NCBI GenBank assembly: GCA_007123885.1
Contig: SLGC01000358.1
Coordinates: forward strand, 1 to 43,171
DNA length: 43,171 bases
DNA from: Bacteroidales bacterium
GTDB taxonomy: Bacteria > Bacteroidota > Bacteroidia > Bacteroidales > PUMT01
Reading direction: 5' to 3'
Shown in pieces: positions 7,435-18,632 of the stretch (position 1 is its first letter; every line of letters starts with the position of its first letter). Under the pieces are notes generated by a model, which had not been told where the DNA came from, ran no database searches, and saw only the letters and a program-made list of their open reading frames with translations. A program made the translations under genes and the position numbers.

Positions 7435-9717
7435 ATGAACAGTAAATTGTTCCGCAGCATTGTGGAAGATGCTCCGGAGCCAATTTTTATTCATACGGAT
7501 GAAAAGTTTGCATATCTGAACCCTGCTGCCTGCCGCCTGTTCGGTGTCAAAACTCCGGAAGAGATGATCGGCTTTCCCGTAGTTGATTATGTACATCCCG
7601 GTTACAGGGAACTTGCCCTTGAAAGGATACGCCTGTTATACGAGCACCGGGACCGGAAGCTTGAAGCGGTTGAACAAAGAATACTCAGGAAAGACGGACC
7701 GGAGGTCTGGATAGAATCATCCGGTAAACCTATAATATTCAACGGCAGGAAAGGGGGACTGATCTTTGTCCGCGATATTTCCCGCAGGAAAAAAATGGAA
7801 ATATCACTGCGTGAAAGTGAGGAGAAATACCGTAAGCTGTTTCGTAATCATGCGGCTGTGAAGCTTATAATCGACCCATCTACCGGAAATATAGTTGATG
7901 CAAATGATACCGCTGCCCGGTTCTATGGATGGAGTGTGGAGGAATTAAAACAGATGAATATTTCCCGGATAAACATCCTTTCTGATCAGGAGGTTAGAAG
8001 TGAAATGGAACTGGCGCGCAGGGCGCAGAACAACCATTTTAACTTCAGACACAGAATGGCGGATGGAACCATAAAGGATGTTGAAGTATTCAGCAGCAGC
8101 GTAATTATGGATGACAAGGAATTTCTCCATTCAATAATTCATGATGTTACCGAAAAGAAAAGGGCAGAAAGACAGCTTGTGCTCCTTAGCCGGTCAGTTG
8201 AGCAGAGCCCTGTTTCCGTTCTCATCACCGATATCCACGGGACAATTGAATACGTCAATCCCGGTTTTGAAAGGACCACCGGCTATTCTTTTGAGGAGGT
8301 GAAGGGAAAAAATCCCAGGATCCTGAAATCCGGCCACCAGTCGCCCGAATTCTACCACAGCCTGTGGACCACCATATTATCGGGGAAGGACTGGACCGGT
8401 GAGTTCCGCAACAGAAAGAAAAGCGGCGAGCTATACTGGGAGCAGACCGTGATATCACCTATCCTGAACAGCAAGGGCAAAGTTACCAATTTTGTCTCCA
8501 TCAGGGAAGATATTACCGAAAGAAAAAAGATGATGGAGGATCTGGTAGCGGCAAAGGAAAAAGCCGAGGAGAGCCACCGGCTGAAATCAGCCTTCCTGGC
8601 AAATATGAGTCACGAGATCCGTACCCCTATGAACGGGATACTTGGTTTTGCCGAAATCCTCAAGTCACCCGATCTGTCCGGAGAACAACAGCAGAAATTT
8701 GTAAGTATAATAGAAAGCAGCGGCCGGCGAATGCTTGATACGGTGAATGATCTTATAGATATATCAAAAATTGAAACCGGTCAGGTCAAGATGTATATCT
8801 CTGAGACCAACCTGCAGGAGCAACTTGAAAATCTTTATCAATTTTTTAAACCGCAGGCACAACAAAAGAACCTGGAGTTAATACTAAAAGATCCGGTGCC
8901 TGAGGAATGTGCAGTCCTGAAAACAGACAGGTCGAAGCTGGATTCCGTGCTGACCAATTTTATTAAAAACGCCATTAAGTTTACCGATCAGGGAAAGATC
9001 GAGATAGGATGTATCAAAAAAGAGGGTTTCCTGGAATACTATGTTACAGACACAGGCATAGGTGTGCCGGAAAACAGGCAGAAGTCGATCTTCAACCGTT
9101 TTGAACAGGCCAACGTAGAGGATGAAAAAGCTTTCCAGGGATCGGGACTGGGATTGTCCATAGCAAAATCGTATGTTGAAATGCTGGGCGGTGAGATACG
9201 GCTTATTTCGGGGAAAGGTCAAGGCTCAATATTTTCTTTCACACTGCCATGCACCTGTGCTGCAGCCGCACCAAAAATAAAAGAGACCGGACAAAAACGC
9301 TCTTCAGGTACCGTCATACCCGAACTTAAAGGCAAGCATATCCTTCTTACTGAAGATGATCCTTTTTCAAGGGAAATGATGATTTACCTTCTGGAGAGGA
9401 CCGGGGCCACGGTAAAGTCAGCCTGGGATGGGATTGAAACCATGGAACTGTTCCGGCTGGAAAAATTCGATATCGTGCTGCTTGATATCCAGTTGCCAAA
9501 GATAAGTGGTTATGAAGTTCTAAAGCGGATAAAAGAGATCGATCCTGACGCTGTAGTTGTCGCCCAGTCAGCCTACGCTATGCTGGATGATATCAGGAAG
9601 TTCAGGGAGGCAGGATTTACCGATTACCTTACCAAGCCAATCCGCCAGAAAAATTTATACGACCTGCTTTCCAGGTATTTAAGCCAGGAGCATCCTGTGC
9701 AGCAGAGCCCGGAATAA
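7435..9717 (+). CDS. Hybrid sensor histidine kinase (3 x PAS, HisKA, HATPase, C-terminal receiver)
   Basis: H-box SHEIRTPMNGI, G2 box GSGLGLSIAK, and a receiver domain with LLTEDD...VLLDIQLP. The ORF track opens at TTG 7411, but the first ATG is at 7435. Confidence 0.85.
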   Translation: MNSKLFRSIVEDAPEPIFIHTDEKFAYLNPAACRLFGVKTPEEMIGFPVVDYVHPGYRELALERIRLLYEHRDRKLEAVEQRILRKDGPEVWIESSGKPIIFNGRKGGLIFVRDISRRKKMEISLRESEEKYRKLFRNHAAVKLIIDPSTGNIVDANDTAARFYGWSVEELKQMNISRINILSDQEVRSEMELARRAQNNHFNFRHRMADGTIKDVEVFSSSVIMDDKEFLHSIIHDVTEKKRAERQLVLLSRSVEQSPVSVLITDIHGTIEYVNPGFERTTGYSFEEVKGKNPRILKSGHQSPEFYHSLWTTILSGKDWTGEFRNRKKSGELYWEQTVISPILNSKGKVTNFVSIREDITERKKMMEDLVAAKEKAEESHRLKSAFLANMSHEIRTPMNGILGFAEILKSPDLSGEQQQKFVSIIESSGRRMLDTVNDLIDISKIETGQVKMYISETNLQEQLENLYQFFKPQAQQKNLELILKDPVPEECAVLKTDRSKLDSVLTNFIKNAIKFTDQGKIEIGCIKKEGFLEYYVTDTGIGVPENRQKSIFNRFEQANVEDEKAFQGSGLGLSIAKSYVEMLGGEIRLISGKGQGSIFSFTLPCTCAAAAPKIKETGQKRSSGTVIPELKGKHILLTEDDPFSREMMIYLLERTGATVKSAWDGIETMELFRLEKFDIVLLDIQLPKISGYEVLKRIKEIDPDAVVVAQSAYAMLDDIRKFREAGFTDYLTKPIRQKNLYDLLSRYLSQEHPVQQSPE

Positions 9718-9790
9718 TTACCGGATCCTGTAAGAATATAAGACACATTAAGCCGGGGATAACCTTCCCCAGGCTGATCCATAGTGACGA

Positions 9791-10273
9791 TCAGATCCTT
9801 TTATAGGTGCGGAATATCATAGAATATTTGTTGCGTTCATCTGCCGGATGCTTTGTCTCCTCAACAATTTCCCACTCACCTGCAACAAACTTTGGAAAAT
9901 AAGTGTCACCGTCAAACTCGTGTTCAATAATGGTAATATACATCCTGTCGGCAATTGGTATGGCCTGCTCGTATATCTCGCCCCCTCCTGCAATGAATAT
10001 CTCCGGCTCCCCGGAAACAAGTTCCAGTGCATGTTCAAGGGAATCGGCAACGAGGCATCCGGGAGCCTTGTAATCCGGCTGGCGGGTTATTACAATATTC
10101 GTTCGCCCGGGCAGGGCTTCTTCCATCGATTCAAATGTTTTCCTGCCCATGATCACAGGCTTGCCCAATGTCTTTTCCTTAAAGTGTTTCAGGTCGGCCG
10201 GAAGATGCCAGATCAGGTCATTGTCTTTGCCTATTACCCTGTTCCTGGCCATGGCTGCTATTATGGATATCAT
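9791..10273 (-). CDS. folA: Dihydrofolate reductase
   Basis: MISIIAAMARNRVIGKDNDLIWHLPADLKHFKEKTLGKPVIMGRKTFESM is a canonical DHFR N-terminus. The gene lies directly downstream of thyA. The start was moved to the Met at 10273. Confidence 0.9.
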   Translation of the reverse strand: MISIIAAMARNRVIGKDNDLIWHLPADLKHFKEKTLGKPVIMGRKTFESMEEALPGRTNIVITRQPDYKAPGCLVADSLEHALELVSGEPEIFIAGGGEIYEQAIPIADRMYITIIEHEFDGDTYFPKFVAGEWEIVEETKHPADERNKYSMIFRTYKRI

Positions 10274-10329
10274 AGAAAAGGATTTAATATATTGACGTCT
10301 GTTTGCTTTGCATACCGGGGGCACGGTTT

Positions 10330-11124
10330 TTAAACTGAAATTTTACCTTTTATGTGAGGATGGGGTTTGTAGTTTTCCAGGGTGAAATCCTCAAATACAA
10401 AATCATCAATGTTTTTCCTTTCGGGATTAAGCCTCATAACCGGCAAATCCCTCGGTTCCCTGGAAAGCTGGAGCCTCACCTGGTCAAGATGATTCAGGTA
10501 TATGTGTGCATCGCCGAAAGTATGGATGAACTCCCCCGCGGCCAGGCCTGTTACCCGGGCAACCATCATGGTCAGCAACGAGTATGATGCAATATTGAAC
10601 GGGACACCAAGGAAAATATCGGCGCTTCTCTGGTACAGCTGGCAGGAAAGCTTACCTTCCGCCACGTAGAACTGGAATAGGATATGGCAGGGAGGAAGGG
10701 CCATTTTATCAAGATCACCGGGATTCCAGGCGCTCACCAGGTGCCGGCGCGAATCGGGATTGTTTTTGATCGAGTCGATAACTCCTGCAATCTGGTCAAT
10801 GCTCCTGCCTCCGGGTGCAGGCCATGACCTCCACTGGTATCCGTAAATATGACCAAGCTCGCCGTTTTCATCGGCCCAGTCATCCCAGATCCTGATATTG
10901 TTTTCCTTCAGGTAGGCAATATTTGTTTCTCCCTTGAGGAACCACAGCAGTTCATGAATTATTGAGGGAAGATGCAGTTTTTTGGTTGTCAGCAGAGGAA
11001 AGCCCTTTGCCAGGTCAAAACGTGCCTGGTACCCGAAGACGCTGATCGTGCCAGTCCCCGTGCGGTCTGCCTTTTCTGTACCGTTTTTCAGTACATGGTC
11101 AAGAAGATCCAGATATTGCTTCAT
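10330..11124 (-). CDS. thyA: Thymidylate synthase (ThyA type)
   Basis: 264 aa with the [12 protein letters not shown] active-site motif and [16 protein letters not shown]. Confidence 0.95.
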   Translation of the reverse strand: MKQYLDLLDHVLKNGTEKADRTGTGTISVFGYQARFDLAKGFPLLTTKKLHLPSIIHELLWFLKGETNIAYLKENNIRIWDDWADENGELGHIYGYQWRSWPAPGGRSIDQIAGVIDSIKNNPDSRRHLVSAWNPGDLDKMALPPCHILFQFYVAEGKLSCQLYQRSADIFLGVPFNIASYSLLTMMVARVTGLAAGEFIHTFGDAHIYLNHLDQVRLQLSREPRDLPVMRLNPERKNIDDFVFEDFTLENYKPHPHIKGKISV

Positions 11125-11139
11125 GAATTTTGGCTGCTT

Positions 11140-11847
11140 TTAGTCATAACTGTAATTATAGAATTTAAGAACATCCGACCGCCTTACCCTTTCTACCGTC
11201 ACCCTGGTTATCCTTACACTCTCAACCGGCCTGTCCCTCTCATCTGTGGGCAATTCGGCAATCCTGTCAATAACTTCAAGTCCGCTCATCACCTGTCCGA
11301 AAATGGTGTATTCGCCGTCAAGGTGCGGTGCTGCCCTGTCATGCCTTACTATGTAGAATTGAGTGGGACTGGAATTTTTTAAAGGATTCCTTTCACCCCC
11401 GTAACGGGCGGCCCCGATTGTTCCACGGCGGTGACTGAATCGGGGATTGATCTCGGCCGGTACATGGTCGGAAATGATTCCGGGATCGTACTGCCGGGAT
11501 ATGTTGCTGGTGGCCGGGTCGCCCGACTGGATCATGAAATTTTCGATAACCCGGTGAAACGTATTGCCATCGTAAACACCGGCTTTTGCAAGGTCGATGA
11601 AATTCTCCTTGTGCATGGGTGTATCGTCGAAAAGAAGCACCTTCATATTCCCCATATCTGTAACCAGGGTCACAAGGTAGTCGTGTTCCTTGTCCGGTAT
11701 GGGATCCTGTGCAGGGAACCAGCCAATGGACAGAAATACAATGACCTTGATTGCTGCCACTGCTTTAGCGGTGCCGTAGAAAGGCATTTTTCGTATCTGG
11801 CTGTAGTTATTTGTCAACTGTATCATTCTGTAAAAACATTTTTTCAT
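11140..11847 (-). CDS. Cyclophilin-type peptidyl-prolyl cis-trans isomerase, exported
   Basis: FHRVIENFMIQSGDP cyclophilin signature and an N-terminal hydrophobic segment. The start is uncertain. Confidence 0.8.
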   Translation of the reverse strand: MKKCFYRMIQLTNNYSQIRKMPFYGTAKAVAAIKVIVFLSIGWFPAQDPIPDKEHDYLVTLVTDMGNMKVLLFDDTPMHKENFIDLAKAGVYDGNTFHRVIENFMIQSGDPATSNISRQYDPGIISDHVPAEINPRFSHRRGTIGAARYGGERNPLKNSSPTQFYIVRHDRAAPHLDGEYTIFGQVMSGLEVIDRIAELPTDERDRPVESVRITRVTVERVRRSDVLKFYNYSYD

Positions 11848-11926
11848 AGGTCAATCATTCAATGAAATACATGTCCGGGATCCGATCTTGTCAGTGCCGG
11901 TTACGGCCGGTCCGAAACCAGATTTG

Positions 11927-11934
11927 CAAAAATA
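11927..11934 (-). promoter_or_regulatory. -7 motif TATTTTTG (minus strand) upstream of the PPIase-thyA-folA run
   Basis: The + strand reads CAAAAATA, about 80 nt upstream of the 11847 start. Confidence 0.35.
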
Positions 11935-11945
11935 GAGCTGACAGA

Positions 11946-13127
11946 TCATAATTCCGAACTTTTATGATAATCAACTCCCCTGTCGCTTAGATAGTTCATT
12001 ATGAAATTGAAATTTTCCTCATTTTCTCCAAGATATTCCGGGGGACAAATGCCCTTCCGGCTGAACATGCCCCGGTCGATCATATGAACTGCGGCCGCGC
12101 AGGTATAGCCTGTTGTACGGGCCATGGATATGGTACCGGTTGATTTGTCATACCGGTCGTGCAGGCTCCAGGTAATGGTTTTTCTTCTTCCCGTGGTTAA
12201 CCATTCACCGGCAAGGGGAGTGCCTTTTTTCCCCGGGGGCATTTCAGAACCCTTGATGATTATACGCATAACAGTAAAATCCTCTTCACCGGGTTTCAAC
12301 TGCCAGTTGGGGAAAAGCAGCCTGGCAGTTACATCTATTGGTCTCACCTTTATCCCGTCAATATCGATTGCTTGCTGAGAAAAAAATCCTGCTTCCCTCA
12401 GTACCCGGAGATATTCGATACATCCCGGATAGCGTAGTGTCTTCTCTATCATGTTGGGGATCGTCATTGTCTTTAACAATGTCCTCAATCCGTCACTGTT
12501 CCATGCTTCGAGTGTGCCTATGTCTTTAAAATGCATAAGTTGGGGATCCGAGAGGGCATCGCGTTCAATCATATGGCCATTTTCAATATACCGGGCGGTT
12601 CGCGTATATTCTTCAATAACATCGATGGGAGAAAATACTGCCTTGTACTCCCAGGGCCACTCCCTTACCACCGGTAAACCGCCGACATAACATTCATAAC
12701 TTTCCACCACCATTGATTTATTGTGGTATCCCAGGATTATATTTCCCATACCCGGGGCTACTCCGCAATCGGTAATAACCGTAATACCATGTTCCCTGGC
12801 CAGTTCATCAAGTAGAAAGGGATCTTCGGGGAAAAATGAAATATCAACAATATCCTTTTTTTCAGCCGCAAGCTTTTTTATCATGTTGAAACCCATTGAC
12901 CCGGGCAGTGCACCGACCACTATGTCGGCACCCTCTACGGCCGAAAGCAGACCGCGAGTCCTGGAAAGATCCTTTTGCAATGTTTTGACATTTGCTGACG
13001 CGATTAATTTGCCAAGTGACAGGGGATCTATATCGACTGCAGTAACCTCGAAATCACTGCTGAGATCTACAGCTATGGCACTGCCCACCAGTCCGGCTCC
13101 AAGCACTGCGACACTCTTTTTCTGCAT
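11946..13127 (-). CDS. Saccharopine dehydrogenase-family NAD(P)-binding oxidoreductase
   Basis: N-terminal Rossmann motif VAVLGAGLVGSAIA. The size (~390 aa) and overall pattern match the saccharopine/lysine dehydrogenase-like family. Confidence 0.7.
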   Translation of the reverse strand: MQKKSVAVLGAGLVGSAIAVDLSSDFEVTAVDIDPLSLGKLIASANVKTLQKDLSRTRGLLSAVEGADIVVGALPGSMGFNMIKKLAAEKKDIVDISFFPEDPFLLDELAREHGITVITDCGVAPGMGNIILGYHNKSMVVESYECYVGGLPVVREWPWEYKAVFSPIDVIEEYTRTARYIENGHMIERDALSDPQLMHFKDIGTLEAWNSDGLRTLLKTMTIPNMIEKTLRYPGCIEYLRVLREAGFFSQQAIDIDGIKVRPIDVTARLLFPNWQLKPGEEDFTVMRIIIKGSEMPPGKKGTPLAGEWLTTGRRKTITWSLHDRYDKSTGTISMARTTGYTCAAAVHMIDRGMFSRKGICPPEYLGENEENFNFIMNYLSDRGVDYHKSSEL

Positions 13128-13218
13128 ATCTTGTTTTTCCTTTTTACCTTGCGTTCTGTAAAGATAAAAATATTAAAAGTATTAATTTTACCGGCCAGAT
13201 AACAAATTAACAGATAAG

Positions 13219-14496
13219 ATGGATTTTGTAGAAGAACTCAGATGGCGGGGCATGATACACGACATGATGCCCGGTACAGCGGAACAGCTTAAAAAGGAGA
13301 TGACCACAGCCTATGTCGGGATCGACCCCACAGCAGATTCGCTGCATATCGGCCATCTTGTTTCGGTCATGATGCTGAGGCATTTCCAGAGGGCCGGACA
13401 TAAGCCTCTGGCCCTTGTAGGCGGAGCCACCGGAATGATTGGCGACCCCAGTGGCAAGTCCGAGGAAAGGGAGTTGCTCGATGAGGCTACCCTGAGAAGG
13501 AACCAGGAGGCCATTAAAAGACAGCTCGGACGTTTTCTGGATTTCACGGAGGGAACCAACAAGGCGGAGATGGTAAATAATTATGACTGGATGAAGGATT
13601 TTACTTTTCTTGATTTTATTCGTGATGTTGGAAAGCATATAACCGTAAGCTACATGATGGCCAAGGATTCAGTAAAAAAAAGGCTGGAAACCGGTCTCTC
13701 ATTTACCGAATTCAGCTATCAGCTTGTTCAGGGATTCGATTTTCTTTATCTCTACCAGAACATGAACTGCAAGCTTCAGATGGGAGGATCTGATCAGTGG
13801 GGTAACATTGTGACAGGCACGGAACTTATACGGCGCAAGACAGGCGGTGAGGCATTCGCCCTTACCTGTCCGCTGATAACAAAAGCCGATGGCAGCAAAT
13901 TCGGTAAGACAGAAGCCGGCAATGTATGGCTCGACAGGAATATGACATCTCCCTACAGGTTCTACCAGTTCTGGCTTAATACCTCCGATGCTGATGCTGA
14001 AAAATATATAAAGATCTTCACCCTGCTTGATGTTGACAAAATCAATGAAGCCATGGCAATTCATGCAGAAGCTCCTCATAAGCGTCACCTGCAGAAGCTT
14101 CTGGCCAGGGAGGTTACCATTATGGTACATTCCCGCGAGGATTATGAAGCTGCACTTGAGGCATCGCAGGTGCTTTTTGGCAAAGGAACGGCCGGTACGC
14201 TTGCACGGCTTGACGAGGCAAGCTTCCTGGACCTGTTTGAGGGGGTACCTACCTATGAACTTGACATAGATATCCTCGACAGGAAGGATCAGCTTGCCGA
14301 CCTGCTTGCATTGCATACCTCTGTTTTTTCCAGCAAGGGAGAATTCCGGCGGATGGTGAAGGGAGGGGGAGTGGCAGTCAACAAGGAGAAAGTAACTGAT
14401 GCCGAAAGTACCGTCAGCAGGGATGACCTGATAAACGGGAAATACCTTCTTGTGCAGAAAGGTAAAAAGAATTATTTCCTTATTGTTGCCCGGTGA
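13219..14496 (+). CDS. tyrS: Tyrosine--tRNA ligase
   Basis: HIGH motif (SLHIGHL), KMSKS-type KFGKT, and a C-terminal S4-like domain. Confidence 0.95.
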   Translation: MDFVEELRWRGMIHDMMPGTAEQLKKEMTTAYVGIDPTADSLHIGHLVSVMMLRHFQRAGHKPLALVGGATGMIGDPSGKSEERELLDEATLRRNQEAIKRQLGRFLDFTEGTNKAEMVNNYDWMKDFTFLDFIRDVGKHITVSYMMAKDSVKKRLETGLSFTEFSYQLVQGFDFLYLYQNMNCKLQMGGSDQWGNIVTGTELIRRKTGGEAFALTCPLITKADGSKFGKTEAGNVWLDRNMTSPYRFYQFWLNTSDADAEKYIKIFTLLDVDKINEAMAIHAEAPHKRHLQKLLAREVTIMVHSREDYEAALEASQVLFGKGTAGTLARLDEASFLDLFEGVPTYELDIDILDRKDQLADLLALHTSVFSSKGEFRRMVKGGGVAVNKEKVTDAESTVSRDDLINGKYLLVQKGKKNYFLIVAR

Positions 14497-14574
14497 ATTT
14501 TTGCTAATTTGCGAAGGATCATGATCCGCATCAACCCGGTCGGCGTCAGGGATATTTTATAAAAAGAACCAGCC

Positions 14575-15597
14575 ATGGGCCATTCAAAAATCCACCACGA
14601 CAGCACCTCGGTCGCATTACTAAGGTTTATATATCAGAAACGCGGGCCTGTCATCATCATTACATTAACAGCCCTGATAGTATCTGTCATAGTATCATTT
14701 ATGATCACTCCGCGTTACCGTTCGGCGGTGATCATCTATCCGGCATCGTTTACCGGCACCTCTCGATCCCTCTCGGGTAGTCCCCTTGCCGGACCGGGAA
14801 TCATGGATTTCGGCCGGGAGGCCGACACCGAGAGAATGTTGCAAATTCTGGGGTCAGGTGCAGTGCGCAGAAAGATCATTGAAAAATATGATCTGATGGA
14901 ACATTACGGGATAGGTGAAAAAAGCCGTTATCCATATACGGCACTTGATCGGAAATACAACAATAACATGCGGTTCAGGAAAAACGAGTATATGGCAATA
15001 GAAATCGAGGTTCTCGATACCGACCCGCATATTGCCGCGGCTATTGCAAATGATATTGCATATTATGCCGACTCTATGATGGGTAGTATATTGCGCGACC
15101 GCGCATCGGCAACCCTGGCGATTGTCGAGACTGAATACAACAGACACATCAACGATATACGTGAACTTGAAGATTCACTTGCAGTGATCAGGAGACTGGG
15201 CATAATGAATTACGAGTCGCAGTCAGAGATAATGAACAATGCCTATGCCACGGCCATCCTTTCCGGTGATACTGCAAGTGCTGATTTTTTCAGAAACAGG
15301 TTGGGCATATTGTCTTCATACGGAGGCAACTACGTGAGCCTTCGTGATAACCTCGAGTTAAAACAGGAAAAACTCATTGATCTGAAAAAGATCTTTGATG
15401 AGGCACGGATTGATGCACAGGAGATCATATCCTACAATTATGTAATCGATGAGGCCACCGTAGCTGAAAAAAAAAGCTATCCGGTGCGTTCGCTTATTGT
15501 TGCTGCCTCCACCCTTTCAGCATTTCTGTTCGCCTTGTTCATGCTTCTGCTGATAGATGCATTCAGGCGGCAGGTTTTAAGGACAGCCGGTGAGTGA
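14575..15597 (+). CDS. Wzz-like polysaccharide chain-length determinant family protein
   Basis: TM helices at the N- and C-termini flank a ~270-aa coiled, soluble region. The N-terminal LLRFIYQKRGPVIIITL...TPRY pattern is typical of Wzz-type proteins. Confidence 0.5.
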   Translation: MGHSKIHHDSTSVALLRFIYQKRGPVIIITLTALIVSVIVSFMITPRYRSAVIIYPASFTGTSRSLSGSPLAGPGIMDFGREADTERMLQILGSGAVRRKIIEKYDLMEHYGIGEKSRYPYTALDRKYNNNMRFRKNEYMAIEIEVLDTDPHIAAAIANDIAYYADSMMGSILRDRASATLAIVETEYNRHINDIRELEDSLAVIRRLGIMNYESQSEIMNNAYATAILSGDTASADFFRNRLGILSSYGGNYVSLRDNLELKQEKLIDLKKIFDEARIDAQEIISYNYVIDEATVAEKKSYPVRSLIVAASTLSAFLFALFMLLLIDAFRRQVLRTAGE

Positions 15598-15615
15598 ACT
15601 GCAAAAAATGATCTT

Positions 15616-17091
15616 ATGCTAGGGGCAGCCGAAAGAAGATTTAACGTATTGATCCTTTACCCTTCGGCCGGTCTGTTCATTCTTGTCAATGCCATTCTCT
15701 TGTCCCGGGGGAATTACTATTTTCTTCTTTTTCCGCTTGTTCCTGCAATCCTGTACAGTGCTTTATTTTCACCTGGCAGGCTTTTCATGGCAGTGGTTTT
15801 TCTTGCACCTCTTTCAGTTGAGTTGAGCAGATTTGCCGGGGAACTCCCCTTTGACATCTCTCTTCCCACCGAACCACTGATACTTGTATTTTTGCTGGTT
15901 ATGCTTTCCGGAAAGCTTCTCAACGGATCCTTGAACCGGAAACTTCTTTATCATCCCCTTACCCTGGCTGTAATATTTTATCTTGTATGGCTTGTCATCA
16001 CTACAGTCACAAGCACCATGCCGGTTGTCTCACTGAAATTTCTCCTGGTGCGCCTCGGGTATGTTTTAATGTTCTACTTTTTGGCGGTTGAAATATTCAG
16101 GCGCAGGGAAAATATCCATGGTTTTCTGTGGTGCTATATCATTGGACTTTCCCTGGTTATTATCTATACCATGTATAATCACGCCGGTTATGGTTTCCTC
16201 TCACAGCGTGCCGCACACTGGGTTGTACGGCCCTTTTACAATGACCATACAGCCTATGGTGCAGCCCTTGCCATGTTCATACCGGTACTGCTTTTCGCCC
16301 CCCTCAAAAGAAAATGGCATACAGCGGTCCTTGTTCTTGTTTTTATTGTTGCGCTGGTTTTTTCATATTCCCGTGCCGCCTGGCTAAGCGTTGGTGCCGC
16401 TTTTCTTATCTGGCTTGTCATAACTCTGAGGATCAGGTTTGCAACCCTTGTAACATTCACCATTATCGCAGGGGGACTTGTTTTTATGTTAAGGGATGAT
16501 ATTGTCAGGGAAATGGAAAAAAACAGGCAGGATTCCTCTGCCAATTTCCGGGAGCATATACGGTCCATGACCAATATTACCTCCGATGCATCGAACCTGG
16601 AACGGATCAACCGCTGGAAGGCTGCCCTTGCCATGTACCGGGAAAGGCCCGTTTTAGGGTGGGGCCCGGGCACCTACATGTTCAACTATGCCCCATTTCA
16701 GTTTTCATACGATCGCACCATCATAAGTACCAATTTTGCCGATGGGGGAGATACTCACAGCGAATATCTCGGACCCCTTTCCGAAACCGGTCTGCCGGGC
16801 ATGCTGAGCTTCATCCTGGTGGCAGCCATTGCACTTTATACCGGTTTCCGGCTTCTGATCAGACTGGAGAGAAGGAAAGACAGGCTTCTTGTAAAAGGCA
16901 TCCTGCTGGGGCTGGTCACTTACCTTGTGCATGGCACATTGAACAATTTCCTTCACAGCGATAAGGCCGCCATCCCATTCTGGGGTTTTCTTGCCGTACT
17001 GGCAGCGATGGATCTTTACGGAAAAAAAAGGGCGGTTAGCGATAAACCTGCCGGCGAAAATGCCGGATTAAAAAATAGATCAAAAAAGTAA
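15616..17091 (+). CDS. O-antigen ligase/polymerase-like (Wzy_C family) polytopic membrane protein
   Basis: At least 10 TM segments and a YSRAAWLS motif ahead of a large loop, as in the O-antigen ligase family. Confidence 0.65.
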   Translation: MLGAAERRFNVLILYPSAGLFILVNAILLSRGNYYFLLFPLVPAILYSALFSPGRLFMAVVFLAPLSVELSRFAGELPFDISLPTEPLILVFLLVMLSGKLLNGSLNRKLLYHPLTLAVIFYLVWLVITTVTSTMPVVSLKFLLVRLGYVLMFYFLAVEIFRRRENIHGFLWCYIIGLSLVIIYTMYNHAGYGFLSQRAAHWVVRPFYNDHTAYGAALAMFIPVLLFAPLKRKWHTAVLVLVFIVALVFSYSRAAWLSVGAAFLIWLVITLRIRFATLVTFTIIAGGLVFMLRDDIVREMEKNRQDSSANFREHIRSMTNITSDASNLERINRWKAALAMYRERPVLGWGPGTYMFNYAPFQFSYDRTIISTNFADGGDTHSEYLGPLSETGLPGMLSFILVAAIALYTGFRLLIRLERRKDRLLVKGILLGLVTYLVHGTLNNFLHSDKAAIPFWGFLAVLAAMDLYGKKRAVSDKPAGENAGLKNRSKK

Positions 17092-17321
17092 AAAACAGGA
17101 TTTTTATTGCCAACTTGCCTCTTGCTTAAGTAAGACGGCTGATTGTTAAGCCATCCTGTGGTCGATATCACAGTCAGCCTGCAAATAACAATTAATATTT
17201 TTTTCAGCAGGCAAACGAATATAATACAAATCATGGGGTGTCCATGGATTGAAAGGCAAAATATCCGGATCATGGATCCCTGACACGATGTTAAATAATT
17301 TGATAACTATAATTTTTACGA

Positions 17322-18632
17322 ATGGAAGACAATAATTTTAAAGGCAATCAAGGTTCCCATCCCTTTTCAAGAAGGAAATTCATCAATCTGGCAGCTTCTG
17401 CCGGACTTTTCGGATTAATGCCAAAAGGCAACGCCGGGGCTTCTTTTACAGGGGACCCTGCAGGAAGTTTTTCCCTGCAGGATGACCTTTCAGGCGAGAT
17501 AAACCTGATTGGCGGCTATGGCAAATGGGCCGCAGAAATTATGGACAGCAGGCTGCCTTCACTCTCATTCAGAAGAGAGGAGTTTACCGATCTCGGGAGC
17601 TGGCGTGAGGCAGCAAGAAAACGGACGATGGAAAGAATCGCGATGCCTGATCTAGGAGGCACACCCCGGGTTATGGTGAACAGGACCTATAACTTTGACG
17701 GGTTACATATTGAGGAACTCAGCTGGCAATTGCCATATGGACCCCCTGCAGAGGCCATACTGCTCAAACCTGCCGGCGCCACCGGACCCCTGCCTGGAAT
17801 ACTTGCCTTCCATGAGCATGGCGGAAAAAAATATTTTGGTAAAAGGAAGATAACCCGCACATCCGAAACATTACATCCCCATATCAGGGTCTCACAGCAA
17901 AATTATTATGAAGGTGTTGCACTGGCAAACGAGATTGCCCGCAGAGGATATGTTGTTCTTGTAAACGATGCTTTTCCTTTTGCAAGCCGAAGGGTGAGGC
18001 TGCAGGATGTTCCCGGACATCTGCGTCAGGGACTTTCAGATGATGATCCTGAAAACCCGGAGAATATCGATGCCTATAACAGCTGGGCGGCCCGGCATGA
18101 GAGTATTATGGCCAAATCCCTTTTTAGCGCCGGTACAACCTGGCCCGGCGTCTGGCTTGCCGAGGACAAAAAGGCTCTGGATGTGCTGAGTTCCCGCGAT
18201 GATGTCGATCCGGAAAAGATTGGATGCGGCGGACTTTCGGGAGGGGGAATGAGAACCGTGTTTATCGGGGGACTTGATCCGAGGATCAAATGTTCGGTCT
18301 GCGTGGGACTGATGACTACCTGGAAGGATTTCATGCTGAACAAGTCGCATACCCATACCTGGATGAAGTTTGTTCCGCTGCTGCCCAATGAGCTTGATTT
18401 CCCCGAGATCCTGGGTCTTGCAGTTCCTTCTCCCACCCTTGTTATAAATGCCGAGCAGGACGGCTTGTTTACACTGACCGGCATGAAGCAGGCTGATGAT
18501 ATCCTGAAGGCTGTATACAATAAGGCAGGTGCTACCGAAAGCTATAAAGGCTCATTTTATCCCGGCCCCCACCGGTTTACCAGGGATATGCAGGCAGAAG
18601 CCTTTGCCTGGTTCGACCGCTGGCTGAAGTGA
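17322..18632 (+). CDS. Tat-exported alpha/beta hydrolase (acetyl-xylan-esterase / dienelactone-hydrolase-like)
   Basis: Twin-arginine signal SRRKFINLAASAGLFG and nucleophile elbow GLSGG. Confidence 0.6.
   Translation: MEDNNFKGNQGSHPFSRRKFINLAASAGLFGLMPKGNAGASFTGDPAGSFSLQDDLSGEINLIGGYGKWAAEIMDSRLPSLSFRREEFTDLGSWREAARKRTMERIAMPDLGGTPRVMVNRTYNFDGLHIEELSWQLPYGPPAEAILLKPAGATGPLPGILAFHEHGGKKYFGKRKITRTSETLHPHIRVSQQNYYEGVALANEIARRGYVVLVNDAFPFASRRVRLQDVPGHLRQGLSDDDPENPENIDAYNSWAARHESIMAKSLFSAGTTWPGVWLAEDKKALDVLSSRDDVDPEKIGCGGLSGGGMRTVFIGGLDPRIKCSVCVGLMTTWKDFMLNKSHTHTWMKFVPLLPNELDFPEILGLAVPSPTLVINAEQDGLFTLTGMKQADDILKAVYNKAGATESYKGSFYPGPHRFTRDMQAEAFAWFDRWLK

Noticed and set aside
14516-14527. 12-bp perfect palindromes: GGATCATGATCC here and TCAGGATCCTGA at 36728-36739.
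   Set aside because: About ten perfect 12-bp palindromes are expected by chance in 43 kb. Neither has a supporting context.
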